Of a stretch of 64,000 nt of DNA, positions 1-11,668 are shown in pieces. Made by a program: the position numbers and the translations under genes. Positions within the stretch are counted from its first letter, which is position 1. Each line of letters starts with the position of its first letter. The notes below the pieces were generated by a model. It made no database searches and had not been told where the DNA came from. It saw only the letters and a list, made by a program, of their open reading frames with translations. Source of the DNA: Eledone cirrhosa (Eukaryota); contig OZ024740.1 in assembly GCA_964016885.1 (NCBI GenBank), forward strand, positions 227,416,001 through 227,480,000, in the 5' to 3' direction.

Positions 1-101
1 CTGTCATAGGCATCAAGTAGAATATCTTTAAATCTGTTACTGGCTGAGGGGTCTTTCAGCTTCCAGATCTTTCTTCTCCAAGTTGCCTTCTGTTTCCAAG
101 T
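1..101 (-). mobile_element. RTE LINE fragment (5'-truncated copy running off the left edge)
   Basis: Reverse complement closely matches about 62940-63030 of the long RTE copy (..TGGAGAAGAAAGATCTGGAAGCTGAAA..AGTAACAGATTTAAAGATATT..); abuts a (TA)n tract. Confidence 0.85.
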
Positions 102-116
102 TCATATATATGTATA

Positions 117-174
<58 letters not shown>

Positions 175-1394
175 AGTGTGTGTATATATGTATTGTATAT
201 ATATGTGTGTGTGTGTGTGTCTGTGTATGTATGCATATATGTAAGTATAAATACTGTCTTTAAGCTATTTCAGCATTGTCATTACTATATTAAGCATTAA
301 TGAGTATGTATTTGAGATATGTGTTGGTATATATGTGGGTGTGCCTGTGCGTGGGTGTCTGTGTTACAAATGAATATACCTTAGGGATCAACATATTAAA
401 CCTCATATCTATTCTTAATTAATTAGCAATAAAGATTTTGACTTCCAATTAGCCATAATTTCTGTGGGGTGAATTAAATTTTGACAACTGGCACTGCATA
501 GGTGACATGCTAAAATATCTGCTTTCTGTGTAGTATGTCTGTGTGTGTGTGTATGTCTGCATATAATGCATGTGTATATATATATATATATATACACATG
601 CATTATATGCAGACATACACACACATGATAATAATAAAAAGGACGAGGTGTTAGATCTTCATTACATTTATTGAAGTGTGACACACGTTTCACGATTGTT
701 CAGCTCAAGGTTCAATCTGTATCGATCGGGCTTGACTCTGAAATCCATATGTGTATATATATAATCCAAATGTATATATATATACAAAAAAAAATATATA
801 TATATATGCCACCTTCAACACACCATCCATATGGTGCTGACTCTCTCATACTGGCTCTTTCACTTACCCGCCACACACTCCTTTTACCTCCATCCCCTAC
901 CCTCTATCTGACCACTGACCATGACACACCCACCCAATAGTTTGAAAGAGAGAATTTATCCATATAATAAAAAAAATTCGCAGAACACCAGTACATTTTT
1001 TTTTTTTTAGATCCCACTTTCGGAAACACTGGTCACTGGTTTAGATACACTACAGTTCAAACCCAACTGAATTCACCTTTGACTTGGAGGTTTATATAAT
1101 AAATACCTGCTTCATACTTGGGTTCATTCAGTTGACTCTACTTCTTTTGCCTTATAAAAATCCTGCTAATACAGTATCAAATAAGAAATCATTATTATAT
1201 CCTTACAGGGTCGATAAAATAAAGTACCAGTAATGGGTAATAGCTGGCCTTGTGCCAAACGTAGAAACAATTATTATATTCCCCAGAAGAGTGTACATGA
1301 TAGTGGCTTTGGTACCAGTTCTCTGAACTGAAATCATTCAAACTATACATTGACACATTCCCTCTACATTTTCATTGCCCTCACTTTTCCTCTT

Positions 1395-1668
1395 TCAAGT
1401 GTGTTGGACTTACAATTATAACGTCATGGGTTTGGTTCCTGGACTGAGTTGTGTGTTGTGTTCTTGAGCAAAACACTTTATTCACATTGCTACAGAACAC
1501 GCCACTTAAAATGAGTATCAGCAGTAGCTGAGGGTTTAATCCTGCAATGAACTGGCATCCTATCCAGGAGAAGACATGTACTCTCACTCACTTAATTCCA
1601 TGGAAAATGGAATAAGCACTTGCCTGATGAGCCTCTGGGCTCGAGACAGACTTTTAGACTTTCCCTTT
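1395..1668 (+). mobile_element. tRNA-derived SINE with CORE-like central domain
   Basis: Degenerate B box (GGTTTGGTTCC), then TTGTGTTCTTGAGCAAAACACTTTATTCACATTGCT; 3' tail GCCTGATGAGCC..GAGACAGACTTT shared with the minus-strand copy at 52430-52705. Confidence 0.75.
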
Positions 1669-2492
1669 TTGGTACCAGTTCCGTGAACTGAAACCATCTC
1701 AGCTATATACAGCATACTGGATTAAGTCCTTTTGAGGCTCTAAGCCCTTACAAGGCTATGATACTCCCCATATATAAATCCTACAAAATGATGTAATTGT
1801 AGTTAGTTGAAGCTAGAATATCTTTGAGAATAGATTGGATCAGGGCTGACCTGGGGCTAAAAAACTAGACAAGATGGTTATGGCTTGAATGTCTTTGATT
1901 ATTGATCTGATCAATCAGAAGTGACAAGCCATTGTACACCCCCTGTACTTCTTGCAGCTTCAATTGTGGTCAAGAACACCTAATATTAAATTCTAAGTGA
2001 TAATCTTAATAAAAACCCTAATTCATGAATTGAACTAAAGACAAGCAAGTAGACTAGTGCACTTAACATCTAACCAACAGTTATATTAGCTGTGTTATTG
2101 TCCTATGAGGCAGTGGTATGGTGAAATTTAGGAGTTTTAAACAAGAATGAATTTACTCTTTATTACAAATGCAATTTTAATTGATTAAAACTTGTTTGAG
2201 GCTCACTACACTAAATATGTTAACCTCTTCTTAATTACCTATGAACTTCTGCAGGCTTTGGCAAAGTGTTTCAGCTTACATGTGTAAGTGGTTCAGCATT
2301 CCACAGATATGTGTGCCATTAATGTAATTCTCAGGAGGACTCAGCATGATACAATGTGTGGCAAGGCTAGCCCTTTGAATTACAGGTACAGTCCATCCGA
2401 TGGGCTTCCGAACAGTTTCTGTCTGCCCAGTTTCTCTCATTAGACATGAGCCAACCCAATGCTATGATAAACGACACTTACTTAATGTGCCA

Positions 2493-3060
2493 TCACAAAA
2501 AATACCACTCACCCTGTAAGGGATCGTGCTGGTAACACAACAACAAAATACCACCCACCCTGTAAGAGGATCGGGCTGGTAACACAAAAAAGTACCACCC
2601 ACCCTGTAAGGGGGTTGTGCTGGTAACACAACAAAAAAGCCTCCACTCTATCCTGTAAAGTGATAGGGATGGTGCCATAACAAAAAGCACCTAGTCCACC
2701 CTGTTAGGTGGTCGTAGTAGTGCCATGACAAAAAGCACCCAGTCGACTCTGTAAAGTGGTTGTACTAGTGCCATAACAAAAAAACACCCAATCCACACTG
2801 TAGAGTGGTTGTGGTGGTGCCATGACAAAAAAACACCCAGTCCACCTTGTAAAGTGGTTGTGGTGGTGCCACAATAAAAGCACCCAGTATACACTGTAAT
2901 GTGGTTGGCATTAGGAAGGGCATCTAGCCATAAAAAAACAAGCCAAAATCAGATCTGTATGAGTAAGATATGGTCACGTGATCTGGCTAGACACATAACA
3001 TGACAGCTTGTTTAACCCCTGCAAGCATGGAAGATGGACATTAAATGATGATGATGATGC
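2493..3060 (+). repeat. Tandem array of about 45-bp units from an RTE 3' UTR, followed by the RTE 3' tail and (GAT)n
   Basis: About 9 diverged units of AAAAGCACCCAGTCCACACTGTAAAGTGGTTGTGGTGGTGCCATGAC, then TTAGGAAGGGCATC and GCATGGAAGATGGACATTAAATGATGATG; same motifs follow the RTE ORF at 9420-9690. Confidence 0.8.
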
Positions 3061-3669
3061 TAGTGGTTGTGGTGATAATGATGATGATGATGGTGGTGAT
3101 GGTGCTAGTGGTGGTGATGATGATCATGATCATGATGATGGTGATCTTAGCTTAATACATTTGTAGGATAACTATACATTCCATCCTACAACACTTATGT
3201 CTTTTTCTTTCCCAATATTTCTACTTTATTTCTTTTAATATGGAAATGAAATACCAACTTGGAATACCTTACAAACATCAGACAAACTCAGCGTCTTTTC
3301 TTCTGTCTATTGATCACATGATATGTTGTCTACTCTCTCTCTCTAAATATATATACATATATATGTGTGTGTGTATGTGTGTGTATGTGTGTGTGTGTGT
3401 GTATTAGAATTAGGATTTAGCTTCATACATAGCTGTATGTATTGAAATTTCGTATTTCTAAAGAAATACGGTATGTTTATAGATAATCATTTAAAAAGCC
3501 ATATCTATGCAAAGCACCAGTGCTATCGCCTTCTGGTGGTGTCCAGCAGAAGCAAAGGGGACAATTGTCAATGCATTTTAACCTTAACTGATTCTCATCA
3601 GGACAATCCCTCCCACTCTTATGACTGCTGGACTTGAAAACAGGCAAGAATATGTGTGTATATATATAT

Positions 3670-3677
3670 TATTGTTA

Positions 3678-3712
<35 letters not shown>

Positions 3713-4218
3713 GTTCTTTGAGTCTCAGTCATTGATGTTATTTAACTGGAAAGTTTGTTGAAATGAATATCAACCCACTACCTGCAGCCTCAGATATTCA
3801 GGACGTATCGGAGGGTTCTTGCTGTTCCCAGCAAGCATGCCTTTTGAAGTGTTCCAAAAAGTGGGGCGGGGCCAATTTTCTTTAACCATCCCTGGAAACT
3901 TTTTGAGATAGTACCTAGTGCGCCTACGACAATCGGGACCACTTTGACTTCATGGCAGTTCCAAATCCTTTTTACCTCCCACTTTAAGTACTGGTATCGG
4001 TTAATTTTCTCCCTCTCCTTCTCTCTCCCCCCTCTTCTTCTCTTGCACTCTCGTGTCGAATGGGCAGGCCACATCCACAATCAGACACAATCTTTTTTCC
4101 TTGTCCAAAACCACCAGGTCAGGTCTATTGTGTTCCAGTTTCTTGTCCATCTGTATCCTAAAATCCCACAGCACCTTCACCTGATCGTTTTCTATCACCG
4201 ACTCTGGCTTATGCTCAT
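3670..4218 (-). mobile_element. R4/Dong-like non-LTR retrotransposon 3' fragment (restriction-like endonuclease), frameshifted
   Basis: ORFs 4001-4198 and 3790-4080: VLWDFRIQMDKKLEHNRPDLVVLDK..IVDVACPFD..EKINRYQYLKWEVKRIW..VVPIVVGALG..LQKACLLGTAR; ends in (AAT)n. Confidence 0.9.
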
Positions 4219-4223
4219 TATTA

Positions 4224-4428
4224 TTGGATTGGCAGTATTGGTAGAGGGTCGGATGCCATGCTTTCCAGCATAGTTACGTCCCTTTACGATCTGAGTTCAA
4301 ATCCCGCCGAGGTTGACTTTGCCTTTCATCCTTACGGGGTCGATAAAATAAAGTACCAGTAATGCACTGGGTAATTGCTGGCCTTGTGCCTAAAGTAGAA
4401 ACAATTATTATTATTATTATTATTATTA
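4224..4428 (+). mobile_element. tRNA-derived SINE (about 190 bp) with Meta-like central domain and (ATT)n tail; commonest SINE in the window
   Basis: A-box-like TGGCAGTATTGG, B box GAGTTCAAATCCC, GCCTTTCATCCTTACGGGGTCGATAAAATAAAGTACCAG, tail GGCCTTGTGCCTAAAGTAGAAACAATTATT. Other copies near 1200, 6985-7162(-), 12097-12274(-), 19015-19198(-), 31602-31790, 32900-33240, 33622-33835(-), 45593-45782, 49348-49530(-), 50068-50255(-). Confidence 0.9.
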
Positions 4429-4431
4429 CAT

Positions 4432-4645
4432 ATTAAAAGTTTAAGCAATAAATTTCTGCTTCCACCCTAAGATGAGCCTGATAGGGTGAAAGCAGAAATT
4501 TATTGCTTAAACTTTTAATCTGTACTAATAATAAATATTTGCTCTACAAGTTTATATATATTTATATATATATATATATATAATATATATACAACCCTTT
4601 ATCGAGTCCTCTTTGGATTTGAGTCTTTGTATTTATTATTACTAT
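4432..4645 (+). mobile_element. Fold-back element family A: 38-bp inverted arms plus 3' tail ending TTACTATATA
   Basis: Arms 4432-4469 / 4482-4519 (1 mismatch), 12-nt loop; tail ATCGAGYCCTCTTTGGATTT..TTATTATTACTATATA recurs near 31395-31445, 32588-32631(-), 49801-49855. Confidence 0.75.
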
Positions 4646-7239
4646 ATATGTGTGTGGGTGTGTGTGTGTATCAGCATCTCCTCTCCCTTTCTCTCTAAAG
4701 CAATATATATTTAATTCTCTGTCTACCTCTCCTGCTACATTATTGTCATTTCATACCTTCTTTTTTTCTTTCCTATCACTCTTCCTCTTTTTCCATTTAT
4801 GAAGACAAACACAATTCATGAACACATACACACACAATTTTATAATATATTATTTATCCTTATTCTTCATATATCTGTGGGAGGGAGAGAGAAATATCCT
4901 TTACTTAGTATGTGTGTGTGTTTATGTTATTCACAATTCACTTTACAAATTTAATATTCAATCTTTCAAAAATATGGATTTGTTATCAATTTTTGGCAAA
5001 AAAAGAACAATATAAGTATAAATCTTCTTCTAGTATTCTGGTTTTCATGACATTTGAAATCTTAAAAATTCATCTCTTATTTGGCTACCTTGTGAACTAA
5101 CATTTGAATTTCATAATGTACTTTTACTATCATTTGCTTAATGGAAAAATTTAATATAATTTTAACCCAAATTCTTTGCAATAAAATGTCAAAATTTTGA
5201 CACATTCAATGTAGAATGGAATCTACATCAAAAGTTACAGACACATTTGGACAAGGAAAGCAATGTGGGAGTAGAAGTAAAATTCACTGGAGTAAAATTA
5301 TATGACAAGTTGCTACAGACACATTGAAGCTTGGCATCTGTAATCCCACCCTCTGTGAGTAGATGAAATTATATTGTCGTTAAATATGGATGTCTTATTG
5401 ACATTGTGTACATCTTCACTGTCAGAAACAGAAACAGGAAATCAAATTTTAAATTTGCAGCAAAGAAATAAAACACTATGTAATATTTTATGCTCGGTAT
5501 AATATGTTATGCCCATGGGGAGTTTAGTATTCAGTGTGTTGGGTTCACAGTCATGAGTTCGATTCCAGGTAGCAAGTTGTGTTTTTAAACAAGATATTTC
5601 ACATTGCTCTTGTCCACTGAACTAGCAAAAACTGAGTTGCACCTGTTACTCAAATATTTAGCCACTATGTCACACAGACTCTCCCTGAGAACTACATTAA
5701 AGGTGCACATGCCAGTAGAATGCCCAGCCACTTGCACATTAAATTTCATGAACAGATTGTTCCATTCTTTGAACAACTGGAACACTTGTCGACAGAATTG
5801 ACGATGATCCAACACTCACACACAAGCCTAGTATTGGTGCTAAGAAACTCTCAGGAGAGCTGGACAACAAAAGGTCTTCAGAGAATAAACCCCACCTCAA
5901 GTGAGTGTTTTGGCCCTTAACTTCTTACACTCTAAGGGGGCCGGACCACATCCAGGTCATGACTCTTGAGTGCCCTTCTACAGATATTTAGCCATTCAGA
6001 TATCAGCGACTTGCTGTGTATTTAAACTGTATGGAAATTTTGTGGACAGGATCTAGCTGAAACTCTTCTCCATTGCCTCTGTTTTCAAATTTATATTTAA
6101 ATGCTTTTTGAGTTTGGAAAAAATAACATTGGTAGTCATGGTAGCAGTGAGACGTCAACACTACAAACCATAACTCACTCAGATTTACAAAATTGAAATA
6201 CTAAGAGAAGTGTAATGAATAGTTAATAGGAGTGACACTGTATTTTAAATGTGAACAACTGGAGTTTTTTTTGTTTTGTTTTTATTAGTTAAGTTAGGAG
6301 GGAATGGACACTGCTTGTGGCCTTCACAGTTCATCTGAAACAGGAATGATTGGTGTTGTTGATGTTTTAAGACTATTGCTAGTTGTCTCTTTTTGAAAAA
6401 ACATAAACATGGAGCAGGTTCCAGAAGGCCAAATGTTCTGAGCAGGAAGGACTGGGAATAATAATTTGTTGAGGGCTTGGCAGGGCTGGACACAAAATGT
6501 GCAATAAGAAGAGGAGAGGCAAGGAAATCATGAGTGCCTAACAGTATAGAGCATGTGACTAGCCAGCTCCAAGGTTCAAAGAAAGGAGATAGTATGTATG
6601 TAGGCCAGAGACTGAAAAATGTCTATGAATGACTTTATGCCAATTAGTTCATCACTGTTCAACATCCATTTTTCCATGCTATCATGGGTTAGACAAGTTG
6701 TACTGTTGTGAGAAATGCCAGGTTAGGTGACCATGACTTGCTCATACAGAAGTGATTTTGGCTTGGTTTCTACAGATGGATGACCTTCCTAATGCCATTC
6801 ATATTACAGTATGGACTGGGTGCTTTTTGTTGTGGCACCAAAATGACCAATTTCCAGTGTGGACTGGGGGCACAGAGATACAACAAAAGTCTTATTAGGT
6901 TCAAGCTTGAAAAACAAGCAACTGAGGATTAATTTTGTGGTGAACTAGCATCTTATCTAGTCTTGTACTCTGTTATATAATTGTTTATACTTTTGGCACA
7001 AGGCCAGCAATTATCTCGGTGTATTACTGGTACTTTATTTTATCAATCCCGTAAGGATGAAAGGCAAAGTTAACCTTGGTGGAATTTGAACTCAGACCAT
7101 AAAGGGCCGTAACTCTTTGCTGCAAAGCATGGCATCCAACACTCTACTGATACTGCCAATCAACAATGCCACATATACATATATTTTTTATCTATATAGA
7201 TTAAACTTAATTATAGTATATATATAATTATAGTATATA

Positions 7240-9690
7240 TATAAAAAATAACTTACTAGAGGCGACGGATGAGGTCTGTGGCTGGAGTAAGACCACATGC
7301 AGGAGGAGAATGACTTGGTGGTGGAACAATAAGGTAGATGAGGCAGTTAAGGCCAAGAGACAGGCATGGAAAGAATGGAAGAATGGGGGGAGCAGGGTGC
7401 ATTACATAGAGACCAAGAGGGAAGCTAGGCGACAAGTATACATAGCTAGGAGGGAAGCATAGGATAGAAAATTCAAGCATGTTTTGCAACGTGAGGACCA
7501 GAAACAGCAGGTGTTCAAGATTGCGAGGCAGTGCGTCAGAGAGAATTGTGATGTCATTGGAGAGAAGTGTATCCGGAATGATAAAGGTGAGCTTGCCCTC
7601 ACAAGTGCTGAGAAGAAAGATGCATGGAAGAGTCATTATGATAGATTACTAAATGAAAAGAATGCATGTGAAGAAGAGACCCTACCCCAAGTAGACCCTA
7701 TAGAGGGGCCAGCAGTACAAGTCAGCAGCAACGTAGTAAGTAAGGCAATCAAAGATATGAAGATGGGGAAGGCAACCGGTCCATCGAGTATAGCTGCCGA
7801 GATGCTGAAGGCATCTGGGTCTGTAGGTCACACTATAACCACACGTATTGTTAACCAGGTAATACTAGAAGGTGTCATACCAAAAGATTGGTGCAGTAGC
7901 ATCATTGTCAACTGCTACAAAGGTAAAGGTGATGCACTCGATAGAGGAAACTATAGAGGTATAAAGCTGATGAACCAGGTCATGAAAGTAACAGAAAGAG
8001 TTATAGCACAGTTCATTAGGGACCGGGTGAAACTAGATGAGATGCAATTTGGGTTTGTACCAGGGAAAGGCACCACTGATGCCCTCTTCCTTGTGAGGCA
8101 GTTACAGGAAAAGTACCTAGCTAAAAGTAAGCCACTCTACCTGGCATTTGTCGATCTTGAGAAAGCCTTTGACAGAGTTCCACGTGCTCTAATCTGGTGG
8201 GCTCTTAGAAAACTAGGAGTAGATGAATGGTTTGTGAAAGCTGTACAAGCCATGTATAGGGGAGCAGTCAGCAAAGTTAGGATTAGCAATGAGTATAGCG
8301 AGGAATTTAGCGTACAGGTTGGGGTCCACCAGGGCTCTGTTCTTAGCCCCCTCCTGTTCATCATAGTCCTGCAGGCAATAACAGAGGAGTTTAAGACTGG
8401 ATGCCCATGGGAACTCCTGTATGCAGATGACCTCGCACTTATAGCTGAATCTATGGTAGAACTGGAGAAGAAATTCCAAACTTGGAAGCAGGGACTAGAA
8501 AGAAAGGGTCTCAAAGTCAACATGACAAAGACTAAGGTCCTTGTAAGTAGACGAGAAGAGAGAACCCAGATCCCCTCAGGGAAATGGCCTTGCTCAGTAT
8601 GTAGGAAAGGTGTAGGTAGGAACTCCATTCTCTGCCCCAAATGCAAACAATGGGTACACAAGAGATGTAGCGGGATCTCAGGAAGCTTAATTAAGAATGT
8701 AGGATTCACATGCAGCAGCTGCGCTGGGACAGCAAGCAGCAAACAGCCACAGGAAACAAGTACCACCAAACTCTGGGATGGCTCTGTAGAAACAGTAGAC
8801 AGCTTCTGCTACCTAGGTGACCGAATTAGCAGTGGAGGTGGGTGTTCAGAAAGTACAATAACTAGGGTAAGAACGGAATGGAAGAAGTTTAGGGAACTAC
8901 TACCACTGCTAGCTGCAAAAGGCTTCTCCCTCAAAATGAAAGGCAGACTGTATGATGCATGTATCCGAACAGCGATGTTGCATGGTAGTGAGACCTGGGC
9001 GCTGAAAGTGGAAGACTTACGTAGATTAGAGAGAAACGAAGCCTGCATGCTCCGATGGATGTGTAATAGTAATATACGCGACCGACAAAGCATAAATGAA
9101 TTGAGAGAGAGACTGAGCATAAGAGGAATCAAATGCTGTGTGCAGGAGGGGCGGTTGCATTGGTATGGACATGTGATGCGTATGAAGGATGACAGCTGCA
9201 TAAAAAGGTGCAGAGTACTAGAAGTCGATGGAAACCGCGGAGTGGGGAGACCCAAGATGACCTGGGATGAGGTGATGAAAGCCGACCTTACCCAATTACA
9301 CCTCTCAAAGGTGATGACACACGACCATGACCTCTGGCATCACGCAGTAATACAGAGTACCTAATCTCCCATAGGTACAAGCTGAAGCATATAGACAATA
9401 TGCCCCCACACCCCCCACTGCAAGGTGGTCGTGGAGGTGCCACGGCAAAAAAGCACCCAGCCCACACTGTAAAGTGGACGTGTAGGCGCCACGGATAAAA
9501 GCACCCTGCACTCACTGTAAATGAGGTTGGTGTTAGGAAGGGCATCCAGCTGTAAAAATCAAGCCAAATCAGTTCCTGTATGAGCAAGGCATGCTCAGCC
9601 GACCAGACACTGCCCACAAGAGGACAATCCGTCTAACCCATGCTAGCATGGAAGAACGAACATAAAACGGTGATGAAGATGATGATGATA
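7240..9690 (+). mobile_element. RTE-clade LINE, 5'-truncated, with 3' UTR and (GAT)n tail
   Basis: Highly similar to 63081-64000 over the shared part; begins abruptly at a TA tract; premature TAG near 7460 where the other copy has GAG. Confidence 0.95.
7484..9364 (+). CDS. Non-LTR (RTE) reverse transcriptase, N-terminally truncated, with internal C4HC3 finger
   Basis: KATGP, YKGKGD..NYRGIKL, QFGF, FVDLEKAFD, GVHQGSVLSPLLF, LYADD, GLKVNMTKT, FCYLG, RLHWYGHVMR, GRPKMTW. Confidence 0.95.
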   Translation: MQREDQKQQVFKIARQCVRENCDVIGEKCIRNDKGELALTSAEKKDAWKSHYDRLLNEKNACEEETLPQVDPIEGPAVQVSSNVVSKAIKDMKMGKATGPSSIAAEMLKASGSVGHTITTRIVNQVILEGVIPKDWCSSIIVNCYKGKGDALDRGNYRGIKLMNQVMKVTERVIAQFIRDRVKLDEMQFGFVPGKGTTDALFLVRQLQEKYLAKSKPLYLAFVDLEKAFDRVPRALIWWALRKLGVDEWFVKAVQAMYRGAVSKVRISNEYSEEFSVQVGVHQGSVLSPLLFIIVLQAITEEFKTGCPWELLYADDLALIAESMVELEKKFQTWKQGLERKGLKVNMTKTKVLVSRREERTQIPSGKWPCSVCRKGVGRNSILCPKCKQWVHKRCSGISGSLIKNVGFTCSSCAGTASSKQPQETSTTKLWDGSVETVDSFCYLGDRISSGGGCSESTITRVRTEWKKFRELLPLLAAKGFSLKMKGRLYDACIRTAMLHGSETWALKVEDLRRLERNEACMLRWMCNSNIRDRQSINELRERLSIRGIKCCVQEGRLHWYGHVMRMKDDSCIKRCRVLEVDGNRGVGRPKMTWDEVMKADLTQLHLSKVMTHDHDLWHHAVIQST

Positions 9691-11668
9691 TCATCATCAT
9701 CATCATCATCGTTTAACATCTATCTTCCATGCTAGCATGGGTTTAGATGGGAATTGTCCCACTTCAGACAAGATTGGTTGTCTTGCTCGTGTAGGACTGT
9801 CTGGCAGGTTTTCTACGGCTGGATGCCCTTCCTAACACCAACCACGTTTACAGTGTGGACTAGGAGGTTTTTACCGTGTTACCTACATGGCCACATTACA
9901 GCGTGGACTGTGTGTTTTTTTGTCGTGACACCTACACGACCTCATTTATTTAGGACTGGATGTTGTGGTACCAACATAACTTTATAGCAAAAGGGGTGGT
10001 GTCGATGGGGGTGGGGCTAGGGGTTGTTTGATGGGGGGTGTATTTTTGGTTAAGAGGTGGCTACTGACTGTAGGTTTCGCTTTGTACTTAGGCAAGGCAG
10101 GTCTTCTGTATTACTGCGTATCACCAAAGATCTCGGTCCAGTGATATTGTCTTGGAGAGTGTGTAAGTGTGTAAGGTCAGAATTTATCAAATCGTCCCAA
10201 GTTTTTCTGGGTCTGCCTACTCCATAGCTTCCCTCTATTTTGATTGCCCTGCACTTTTTATACAGCTGTCATCTTTCATGCGCATCACATGACCATACCA
10301 ATGTAGTTTTCTCTTGAGTAAACAGCATCTGATCCCTCTTATTCCTAATTTCTCACTTAGTTCATTTATGCTTTGCCGTTCACGTATATTACTATTACAC
10401 ATCCAACGGAGCATGCAAGCTTCATTCCTCTCCAGTCTGCGCAGATTCTCTGCACACAATGCCCATGTCTCACTGCCATGTAACATTGTTGTTCGTATGC
10501 AGGCATCATACAGTCTGCCTTTCATTTATAGAGAGAAACCTTTAGCGGCCAATAGTGGTATAAGCTCTCTGTACTTTTTCCATCCCGTTCTGACTCTAGC
10601 TACTGTACTTTCAGAGCACCCACCACCACTGCTGATTTTGTCAACCAGGTAACGGAAGGTGTCCACTATTTCTATAGAACCATCTGGGCAATGGAAGGAA
10701 CTAGTATCCTGTGGGCACTTGCTACTACTTATTGCACCTGAGCACCTGCCACATATAAAATATATGTTCTTAGTTAGCTTACCTGTGATCCCACTACATC
10801 TTTTATGTCCCCATACTTTGCATTTGGGACATAAAATGGAGTTTCTGCCTACTTCTTTCCTACACACTGAGCATGGCCATTTCCCAGAGGAGACCAGTGC
10901 CCTATTTTCCTTCCTACATACTAGAACTTTAGTCGTAGACAAGTTAATTTTAAGGCCTTTTGATTCTAGGCCATGCTTCCATGTTTGGAATTTCTTCTCT
11001 AGTTCAGCCATTGATTCAGCTATGAGCGTTAGATCAACTGCATATAGAAGTTCCCATGGGCAGCCGATCTTGAACTCCTCTGTTATAGCCTGAAGGGCAA
11101 TAATAAATAGGAGGGGGCTAAGGAGAGAGCCCTGATGAGCACCAACTTTTACGCTAAATTCTTCACTATATTCATTGTTAATTCTAACCTTGCTGACTGT
11201 TTCTTTATACATGGCTTGTATAGCTCTCACAAGCCATTCATCAACACCTAGTTTTCTGAGAGCCCACCAGATAATGGAGCAGGGGACTCTGTCAAAGGTT
11301 TTCTCCAAGTCAACAAAAGCTAAGTATAGGGGTTTACTTTTAGCTAGATACTTCTCCTGTAGTTGTTGTACAAGGAAAAGAGCGTCTGTGGTACTTTTAC
11401 CTGACACTAACCCAAACTGCATTTCATCTAGATCAATTCACTCTCTGATTAGTTGCGCTATAACTTTTTCTGTGACCTTCATGACCTGGTCAATTAATTT
11501 AATGCCTCTAGTTTCCCCTATCTAGGGCATCTCCTTTACCCTTGTAGCAGTTAATGGTGATACTGCTACGCCAGTCGTTTGGTATGACCCATTCTGTATG
11601 ACTTGGATTACTATCCGGGTGACCATAGTGTGTCCCACCATTCCAGATGCTTTCAGCATTTCAGCAAC
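9691..11668 (-). mobile_element. Second RTE LINE subfamily, 5'-truncated and disrupted
   Basis: ORFs 10526-11422 and 10235-10525 give RT motifs (FVDLEKTFD, GAHQGSLLSPLLF, LYAVD instead of YADD) with stop/frameshifts; 3' UTR ends in (ATC)n at 9691. Confidence 0.93.

Noticed and set aside
1620-1660. CTGATGAGCC..GGCTCGAGAC as a hammerhead
   Set aside because: No GAAA after the stem and no stem I/III; it is a SINE 3' tail hairpin also seen at 52440-52470.
2493-2920. Regularly spaced 45-bp repeats (also 28072-28297) resembling a CRISPR array
   Set aside because: Units are contiguous with no unique spacers, match the RTE 3' UTR at 9420-9520, and there are no cas genes in this eukaryotic context.
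8137-9255. Antisense ORFs of 210, 148 and 88 aa
   Set aside because: Shadows of the RTE RT frame with no independent motifs.
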